NCBI RefSeq assembly: GCF_963853765.1
Contig: NC_088861.1
Coordinates: 12,276,001-12,340,000 of the forward strand
Origin: Magallana gigas
Lineage: Eukaryota
Direction of reading: 5' to 3'
Length of the DNA: 64,000 nucleotides
Shown: positions 48,591-58,572 of the stretch, piece after piece
How positions within the stretch are numbered: the first letter of the stretch is position 1
How the letters are laid out: every line of letters begins with the position of its first letter
Translations under genes and position numbers: made by a program
The notes under the pieces: model-generated
Seen by the model: the letters and a program-made list of their open reading frames with translations, nothing else
Databases searched by the model: none
What the model was told of the DNA's origin: nothing

Positions 48591-49099
48591 GCTGGCAGTC
48601 ATCAGAATATCAACTGTCTTTATACACACAGTTCTATTTTTTCATTTTTCGATACAGTTTTCTTGAATTTATGAAAAATCAGAGATTATTAAGGCAATAT
48701 ATAAAAACAGTGCTTAGGTATTGCGACAGGTATCTCTGTCTATATTTCATTATAGGTACTTAAAATATCCGTTCAAACAGTGCCAAAAACTGATTATAAA
48801 AAAACGTCTACTTATAATATTCACTTCATACTTGTATTCAAGACTTTACGAGCATAAACATCATCTCTCACATTTCATTATATTTTCTCTGAATGTTTAA
48901 TAACAGATTGTCAAAACCTGAAATGCATTGCATTTTCATGGTAAATGATTAAAACTGCTTAATCTGCGATAAAATGTCTATTGATTTAAATTAGGGCTAT
49001 TTGTTTAGTTCATTTGACAATTATTTGAATTGAAAGTAGAATTGCGCCGCACCTTTAATGAAACTCGAAATACGCACATACCTATCACTAGTGGCTCTA

Positions 49100-49265
49100 A
49101 AAACCCCTGTCCGTATGAAAATCTCCTGCTTACCCCTGTGTTTCACTGTCATCTCCTATACATTCCCTGTGTGCCACTGTAAGCCCCTGTCACCGCCTGA
49201 TTGCCCTTGTCATCCCCTGTAAGCCACTGTATTTCCTTGTGCATGCCCCTGACGTCCCCTGTACG
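49100..49265. repeat. Degenerate micro/minisatellite of (C)CCCTGT units
   Basis: More than ten cccctgt/ccactgt/cccttgt variants at roughly 10-20 bp spacing. Confidence 0.7.
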
Positions 49266-49749
49266 GTCTTTAACTGCTCGCTAAAGTGAATAAATAGCTT
49301 TTAATAAATTCGGATTTTTAGCATTCATGTTTTAGACGGAGCTTTTTTTTCGTTGCATTTCATAGAGGGCAATATTATAACAAACGTGAATAATTTTGAC
49401 TCAACATCGACACAAATCAAGATATACTTGTATACCGATAAACTGCTTATTTAATTACATGTATTTAAACCAATTACCGTGTTCTGTATTTTTTATAAAA
49501 AAATAAAAATAAGTGGAGGAGTGTGTGAAATCTGAAATGTTCTGTGCCATGTAACCTGCCTGAGCTAAAGAGCATAATAATACAACATGATCAGCACGTG
49601 CAGATATCTACACACCGATCGAAATGATGAAATGATCACCTATATTTTGATTGTTTTGTCCAGTGTAATGATACATTGAATTAAATAGTCTTTATGAAGT
49701 TCATGTAAATTGCTGATAAATTTCTGTCAGCATTTTTTAAAAATAAATC

Positions 49750-49751
<2 letters not shown>

Positions 49752-49800
<49 letters not shown>
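49752..49800. repeat. (GA)n microsatellite
   Basis: Pure GA run. Confidence 0.98.
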
Positions 49801-49802
<2 letters not shown>

Positions 49803-50122
49803 GATTTTTAATCGGAAGGGGGATTAGACCGGTCCATTGACACTTTTAACGTGATATGTTAAAGCAAACTTCAGTGGATCTTAGTGTAAATAGAGGACAT
49901 GTATAATGTATATTAAACAGGATAATTTTTTTAAAGCGCATACATGATGATGCAGCAAGCTTTCAGTATCATACAAAACTATAGCACTTCCATACCCCCA
50001 CCCCCACCCCCACACACCCATATGCCTATAGTCCTTGACCATGAACTTTGACTTCAGTTTTAGAATGAACAATTTCTGGTTTTCAATCAATTATTAAAAG
50101 CAAATGTACTTTTGTCCATGAA

Positions 50123-50295
50123 ATTCCCAAGCGCACTCACAGAGCATGTTTCCACACATTGTGCTGGAAGGAGGACAAGAGTTTCACGAAGTTTGGGACG
50201 ACCCAGCCTTCACCACAAACTTGGTCTGGTTGCTGGTTCCCGAGGCGATATTTGTCAGGGCTCATGCAGCTTCAAACTGTAGCTCAGGTCTGCAA
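50123..50295 (-). pseudogene. Dead copy of importin-alpha exon (copy D, best preserved)
   Basis: Retains the ttgcag acceptor. It reads [25 protein letters not shown] (Trp TGG>TGA), then frameshifts. Some upstream intron similarity is also present. Confidence 0.92.
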
Positions 50296-53200
50296 TTAGT
50301 TACAACTCATTTGAAATAAAGGAGCTGGTTTTTTTCTCTCTAGAAGAAATCTAAATTGATTGTGTTTTTCAACCTGCGCTAAATATTCCACAGAATTAGA
50401 ATGACGAAATTCTAAGTTAAGAGAAATTTTTAATCTTAATGGAGATTTTCATTTTAGAATGTCTTTCTTCCTACAGCATCTGGAACATGCATATCCCCGT
50501 ATCGGTCTATCAATTCTCTCAAGAGGAAGTCTTAAATTATATTAAAAACTTCTAATAATTGTAATTTTTGTAGTACTGTAACAATACGTGTATAAACTAC
50601 TTAGAAAAGAACGAAAGAGAACAACACATACGAATTAATGTTGTTTATTTCGAAAGACAGTATGTTACAAAATGGGGTTATTTTATAGTTCCTTAAATAA
50701 AACTCAATCAACACATTCATACATATTTTTGATATACATGTATGTTAATATATAAGACGGCATATTTAAGAATTCAACAGTACAAACATACACTCTTCCA
50801 AATGCTCTTGTCATTTTGCATAAGAGGCCAATATGAGACATAAAAGATATTAGATGAACATGAAATGAATACATTAACAATGTAACAATTGGCTATTGAA
50901 CACATACACTCTTTCAAATAACATTGCCATTTTTGCATAAGAACACAACATGTGATTTTCTTTTCTGTCCACCTTTCTTCCCACAGCTTCTAGAACATGC
51001 ACACCCCAATTAAGTCTCATAATAGATATTTCTATTTACTGTCATCTCTGTAGTAACAGTACTTATTAACAACAATATGACGAAGGAAAACAACACATGT
51101 AAAGTTAAAATTAATTTTGTTGTTTATATCGAAAAAATTACGTTACAAAATGCTTCATATTTCCTTTGATTATACTCAAGAAAATAAAAATCATTTATAT
51201 TTTTTGCTAAAATAGGTTTACATATAAATATGAGTTATTCTTATAAAAACTCTGGCCATTTTCTAAAATAAAAAATGAACACGTTGAGGCATAACAAACA
51301 ATTGTGAACATGATTTTAAAAATACATTAATAAATTAAATGCACCAAATGACTTTTCATTGTCATTTCATTAGAAAAAGGTCACTGGGTTCTCTATATCC
51401 AGTTTACAAAAAAAAACATCTACAAGACAATTCTATTTCTCAATTCACTCCTTCCTCTCGCCAAACTGTTCTTTGCAATTAAATTAAGCTCACAAAACAT
51501 TCTTACAATATAATACATATAAGTACATATTCATTACCTGCATGCAGTTAGTTATCATTCAAAAACCCTGATCATATATATTTAAATCAATTCCTAATAC
51601 ACCAAACCATATGACTTCGTGTTTCAACGACACACTTTGGGAAATGGTTTGGTATGCAGAGGGCACCGCAATCGTTGTTAAGCACTCCAAACACTCAGAA
51701 AAAAACAATAGTATAAGCGTTAAATCACACGATTTGGCTTGATTCATGTTTCAGCGACACGAACTTCGTGTGGTTTTGCGTCCAAAGTGCTGAATCTTTA
51801 ATTTTATGAATTTATTATCTATGGCTTAAAAGATGCAATACACGGTTAAAATTTGTGTAAGTATAAACAGTGTATCATACGATATCCGGCAAACAGCACA
51901 TTGCACGACCATTTTGGTGAAATGAACTCTGGGGATTCATTATATCATACCATGATATCTTTGAACAGGAACAGTCTGTCAAATGTTTATTTTCCATCGC
52001 AGATCCAATCTAACATTCGAAAGTATAATTTCAACTTTTACTTTGCTTTTCCTTGCATTTTATCAAAATTTAGGTGTTTTCGTCCTGTGCTTTAAAACAG
52101 AATGTTATTTATTTTCTAAGGATTGATAAACAAGTTCGTACAACTTGTAAAAATATCGGATGTTAGCATGACGGGGGTCATTGCTTTGTGCTAACTGTAC
52201 ATCCTACTCATAACTGTCCACTTAGAATCTTATGGATGTTTCGAACAATGTAACTACTACAGCTTTTGAATCGCCTTTTTACTATTTGCTCTGTCTTTCT
52301 TCCTGATGGAAAAATAAGGTCACTGTCTCCAAGATGAACAATGTTTTGTGAAGAATGGAAAACGATATCTGTTAAGAGCAAGAATGTTTTTTTTCGGAAT
52401 TTGTCCATATTAGTACAGTTACTGGGTATCAGCAAAGTGTGTTGTTCTGTTTTATTTGGTCTATAGGTGGAGTTATAGATGTTTGTTTTCACTGTTACAT
52501 CCAACAATGATATTTGAAGTTGCGAACTTAAGTTGGATACTTTTGTCAGGTTTTCAATTTTTAATCTATAACCTAAAAGCATTAAATTAAAAAAAAGATT
52601 ATAATCTCATAATATAGGATACAACATAAGCGTACGATAAACGTATAATATTATATCACATTTTTAAGCGTTATACCAGTAATAACCGACAGTGAAAATA
52701 TTAAGTTCTTTTATTTTTATCGGATTTAGCTATAATAGTTAAACAACTTGTTAATAAATGTACGTTTGTAAATTGGCTTAACCTGTAAAAAATTAAGGGA
52801 AAAAAAGAAGAAATAACGATTGATAATTTATATTTTACCATTTGTTCTACACACGTCTGCTGTGTTGTTTATGAATCTTTTTCTCTGTGGCGCTGACTGT
52901 GAACATAACGAACATATACCAGAGGTCTGTCTATCCATTCTAATAGGTGCTGGAAGGGACGTTGGACTGCTGCAACTATAAGATGAAGAGAATGTTATGG
53001 TATACATTGAAATATCAGTGTATATGAAAGAACATAATACTCAACATATTACCAAATATAATCATCGTTTTAAACTCAATCATCACAATAGTAAGTTGAC
53101 CATCAATTGTATTGTATAATGAAACAACTAATTTAAAAGAATAAAACATATGATCAAAAGAATTTTTTAAATAAGCAAGAAATAGAAATGGGATCTGTTG

Positions 53201-55433
53201 ATTCTTTAATATCTTTTAAAGTTTTAACACAAGTATTTGTTCAACCAATTCGGTTTAATGCTCTTTAAAATACAGGATAAACAGATTCAGACAATAAGAT
53301 ATAGACCGATATCATCTTAAAGCAAATCTTCAGTAGCTATGTTTTTTGAAGAACCTGAGATACCAGTACATACTAATTCATACCTTTCTGTTTTTCTCTT
53401 CACTTCACCATAACAACATGTCTGGTTTCTAGGATCGTAGGCAAGCGTCCCTGGATTACAGCATCGTTTTCCGGTTTTCATTGCTCCTCTATGGATTTCA
53501 TTGTTGCAGCAGAGGTCGGATTGTTTGTCGAAGCTTGCCCTCCCGCAATCAGAATCGGCCTTTTCCCATTCCTGCTTCTCACAAGAATAATAAGTAGCAT
53601 TTCTTTTGCAACAACTGGTGTGATTAGGTGAAGTCTTTTCTATCTTGATGCCATTTTGGAACAGAGGTGCGTTGTGGAATAGTACACATTGTTACCACAA
53701 CAACGTAAATGTAACTTATAGTCTATAGTGTATATGGTACCTGCAATGAAACATTGAAAATTAATGTAAAACATAATTCGGATTTCAAGAAAACACCATA
53801 GGATTTTTAAAAGTTAAATGTTACTTTTATTCAACATTAAGAGAAAATGGGTTAGGCGAGCCTTGTGCATACCTTTACAACAGATTTGCAGTCCCTTTTT
53901 CATCGCCCTCCCACCACAGCAGTCTTGGTGGGCTGGATCATATGTACCTTTACCACAACATTGACGCCGTCCAAAAGACGGGAACACTTGATTCTTGCAG
54001 CACAGTTCTTGTGAGGAATTGTACAATCCTATATGTAATTAAACCAACTTTAGCTTTGCTTTGGAACTTTATGAAAATTATTCTTTTTATCATTAACATT
54101 ATCCAGGTACATGTATATTCATGTTATAAAATGATAACACTTCAGATTTTAAAATAAGCTGTAAGAAATGTTGTACTTACCTGTTCCACAACATTGACCA
54201 GTCTTGGGCTGAATTTTCTTTTCACCAGATCCCCTACAACACTGTTTAGTCCTTTTATCATACATTTCCGATCCACAGCATCGAAAGCGTCGGTCGTTCG
54301 ATGAAATATTCCACAGAGTACTAGTGGAATCTTCACAACATGTTTGTTTCTGTCTGTTAAACAGAGTTCCATTACAGTAGCCGTGTCCTAATGGAACAAC
54401 CTTGTCCCTAACGCATCGTGAATGGGTCCTATTGAATGGCGTTGTTTGGTTGCAGCAACCATCACTCTTTGTGTAGTTGTTCCCACAGCATGACATGCCT
54501 AAACATAATTTTGTTTTTCAAGGTTAGACTGTAATGTGGTAGTGTCGCATATATTGAATAAATATTTTACATTCAAATATATTTACAATCACCAAATCTG
54601 GTGCGTATGAATACAATCTTCTTTCTGTATTTCTCGAAGAACATGACTGACTCTCCTTGCAACTTCAAACCGGATCACGGCCTGGTTTTATACTTACTCT
54701 GATATAAACATTTCATTGATGTAAAATTATTTTCAACAGTTTATTAATTCATTATTTTACCAAAGGTTTCATTCATCGAATAACAGAATAAAAATAAAAT
54801 TGTGTACGTAGAATTTATTGCATTGTGCACTATTATTGTTAGCATAACTCGGATGTTCAAATGGCTCTTCCGTTAATTGTGCATTAATGTTTTAAGATAA
54901 ATCATAATTGCGGAAAGGGAATAAATGTTTCTAAAAATATATATCACATAGCGTATGTGATACTTGTTTTGAAAATCAAAAAAAAAATTAAACACATAAA
55001 CAAATTGTTGTTTGTGAAGGAAGGGCAGTGGCTGGAGTTATTTAAATAATACTTTGGCTCAGCAATTTTGAAATAAAAGAAAGTATGATAAACAGGAAAT
55101 ACGCTCTGATAAAAAAAAATACCGGAGTAAGGACTATCGAAGGGGAACAGACATTTTTTTTTAAATGTTGCAATAGATTTGATTTATCTTTAGTTTGCGT
55201 GATATTTGTTTATATCTTTCAAAACAAGTACATACTCTTACACATTTAAAAAAAAAAAAAGAAAAAAAAAAAAGGAAAATCGCATTCGTTGGGACAAAAA
55301 GAGAACTCTCTTTTGTGTTTCAAATAAATTTAGCTTTTGATCCTTTCTAAAAGGATCTGCGTTTAAAGTATGTTAACAGTAACCTTAACAACCTGGAAAA
55401 ACTTTCATGCATATTGTATTTTGATTCCATTAA

Positions 55434-55824
55434 AGCTGAACACCGCTAGTAAATAGGCACCGTCACACAGATACCTGGTATATAAACCCTTCGATTTCGT
55501 TACACCCGATTGCACACCTGAACCTCGTGGCCGACATGTAGTATTCCTTTCGTGGTCTTTAGATTTTATGCATTTTTTTCTTATCTTATGACCAATTTAT
55601 TTGATGTTAGTATTCTCCTGGCTTCAAAAAGGTGCGTAAAACTTGATAGTTTCATCGCGACCGAGTAACACGGCGAGACAAAATGTACGTCCACACAGGT
55701 GAGACCTCTACAGCGAAGTACTTTGAACTGTTTAGAGGTCTGTCCCTTATATAAGGGTTGCAGGGACAGCAGTGAGTAAAGAGAAATATGGCGGACAGTG
55801 CCTATTTACGAGCGGTGTTCAGCT
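55434..55824. mobile_element. 391-bp MITE with ~31-bp TIRs and TTAA TSD (Kolobok-like)
   Basis: Left AGCTGAACACCGCTAGTAAATAGGCACCGTC, right GACAGTGCCTATTTACGAGCGGTGTTCAGCT. TTAA at 55430-55433 and 55825-55828. Confidence 0.92.
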
Positions 55825-55906
55825 TTAATGCCGATTTATAGAACGTTATTTTTGAGATCGGAAATTCCAAATAAAATGCATTGTAAAAATAAAGACACAT
55901 AATGTT

Positions 55907-55956
<50 letters not shown>

Positions 55957-56175
55957 AACTTACCAAAGGCCACTTGAAAAATGTTTGTTCCACAACATAT
56001 TTGTTCTTTTTTTTGGTCTTCCCCACTTTGAACATGTCTCTCACGTAAAGAATTAGGCCCGCAACAGATCTTATCTAAGACGTTGTATATAACATCTACA
56101 AAATATTTTGCAAAATTATATAACGTGTGATTAGAATGTAGATAACGATTATTATATTCAGGTATATTTAAATAC

Positions 56176-56252
<77 letters not shown>
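55907..56252. repeat. Two (CT)n tracts in introns 2 and 3 of copy D
   Basis: ~55907-55953 and ~56178-56252. The latter begins at the donor (GTAAGAGAGAG on the minus strand). Confidence 0.95.
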
Positions 56253-56255
<3 letters not shown>

Positions 56256-57155
56256 CTCCGCAACACCCAACTTCTTCTTTACTGTCCTTATTCCGATCAT
56301 ACAAGGTTCCATTGCAACAAACCTTTGTATCACCATTGTAATATATTCCAGAAGATGTGAGGCATCGGTCAGCATTTACTTTGAAAGGAGAAATAAAACT
56401 ATTCGTTTCAAGTACGTGATTTGACTCGGGGAAAACCCATAAAACAACCCCTGAGAAATCAAAATGACCACGATCATTTGAAAATTTTAAATAATCAAAA
56501 ATTCACAACGCTTTAGTAAAGGACATTGGTAAGCTTGAATGTCAGTTTTCGAGAGGTCAAAAGATCTTTTTTTTTATTGCAAGTAATTGGAGCTTTGGCA
56601 TATCTATTTATTTAAAACTGTCGAGTTCAAACGTTGGTTGGACTTTAAATCGAGCAGAACTTGAATCAAAATTAAAATGAATTGATATAACTTTTGACAT
56701 ATTAAATGTAAGCATTGATCGAATTGTATTTCGGTAACGGGTTGATTTGAATCAATATTTTTAAAAAAGAAAGATTTTTCAGTAATTTGATTAATGATAA
56801 AAAAAATAATTAAAAAACAATGAAAAGACGTTTTTATTTTATGGCCTTGTGCTGTTAAAAACTTCAATCTGGCTGTTTTACAAAGAATTAAAAAATCATT
56901 AAATTGCTAAAACTTAGACCTTTTTTTTAAAATAAAGTTTCAAATATTTTTTTTATCGAATTGGGCAAATAATATTTCAAAAGAAAAAATATTAGACAAA
57001 CCCGTATTGCCTCCAAATATGACAAGGAAAACAATGCAAATATGAAATGCGACTTCCATCGGTATTTTGTTGTCTGTATTCTTATGCTATCAACTACAAA
57101 GTACTTGCATAATTGTTTTTCAAAACCTATTTATACATACCCAGATCGAGATCAA

Positions 57156-57196
57156 TTTTATAAATAGATGTGGAATTTTAATGTAAGGGAATTTCC
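57156..57196 (-). promoter_or_regulatory. TATA box and NF-kB site upstream of copy D
   Basis: TATAAAA on the minus strand at 57156-57162, and GGGAATTTCC at 57187-57196, 25 bp upstream. Position and flank (tttccttgt) are homologous to the 42771 site of copy B. Confidence 0.6.
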
Positions 57197-58572
57197 TTGT
57201 ATCTAAAAATTGTCATTTTAATCATGTCACTATAAATGTTTGTCAATTCTCACCCGGGCGTGCTACCCGTGCAGCGTCTCTTTAGTAGCCGCAGAAGATG
57301 AGGGGGAAATTGTTTTACTCCAATGAGGAAACTGTTGTCAATTTAATAACATAAAAAGAAGCTATATATACTTATACATACAGTTGAGTGAAATTCGTTT
57401 TGTATGCGGGACTTTTAAATAAATCATGTATAATATAAATAGAAATGGTCCACGGTTTTGCTAAATTGTTACAGAAGTGGATTTCCCTTTACAGATCTAT
57501 ATTTACGCAATATATTAAATACCATTGTAAAGCGTAATTTAAATTGATATTGCATTTTTGTTGACCCATTTGAAGCATCTCGTCTAAAATAATCATATAT
57601 TGTGCACAATTATTGTAACAAAAATGTGAAGTCTTTGCACCGGATAAGATTTTGCGTTTTTAGTACTGCGTAGAAATCTAGCCATTTAGAATAAAAATTT
57701 CCGTTTTAGTTTTTCTAAAATAGAATTTTAATGAGTCATAAAGTCGCAATTTTTGCGTTGTAGAATCACAGTTATCACGGGTATTCTATTATTTGAGACA
57801 ACTCATTTCGTAATGCACATCGGTTTTGATCCGTATGTTTAAGTTCTAAATAAACACTCGTAAAATTCCAGGCTTAAAAAAAAAACCATTGTGAATTTAA
57901 TAATAAAACAGGGAAATTTTACTTGTCCATTTTCATTTTTAATGATTTTTCTTAAAATCAGTACAATTTGAAACAATTTCATCATATGCATTCATAAACC
58001 AAAAATGTGTAAGCAATAGAAAGATAGAGGGAAAAGAAAGTACAGAGAAAAGGAAAGTTATACAGGGTGATACAAAAGTTATTTTTCATATGAACATGAA
58101 TCTAAAACAAAACATATTGCTCATAGAGTGGCAAAGATAACAGAATCTTGCAATAATGGATTGTGACCTCTTATTCAAATGTGTTAACATTTGTGTTTTT
58201 AATCTAACCTAAAATGAGCTTCGCAAAAAATAAACATACATTTTCATGTACCTTAAATATGCATTCTTACCATATAAATATATTGGCAATCTTCAAGTAA
58301 CATGCAAAAACTAGCACTTCCAAGAGTCATTCATAATTTCCAATTTCACAGAAAACACATAATTCATGTATATCAATATATAAAGGAGGGAAGAGATTGC
58401 ACCAAAATCCGAGATCCATTCTCTGAGCAGCACTAAATTAAATTACTCCATCTCATCAAATCTTAATCAACTATTTCCGTGATTAATAACAATCAAGGTT
58501 TTTTTGTTTTTTTTTAAATCCGAGTCTCTGAGTCTGGATTTGAGTATCACAATAAAAGATCACATGTGGAGA

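Larger units (their letters stand above)
52208..57059 (-). pseudogene. Galaxin-NTR gene copy D: complete 8-exon structure with one 1-nt frameshift (548 aa if corrected); young pseudogene or assembly error
   Basis: Exons 57002-57059, 56256-56378, 55964-56095, 54181-54498, 53873-54028, 53384-53740, 52839-52975, 52208-52572, all GT-AG. Signal peptide MEVAFHICIVFLVIFGGNTVNA. Exon 6 is 357 nt versus 358 nt in copy B: TGTTCCAAAATGGC where TGT TGC CAA AAT GGC is expected (~53659), giving an early TAG. Everything else is open. Confidence 0.8.
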
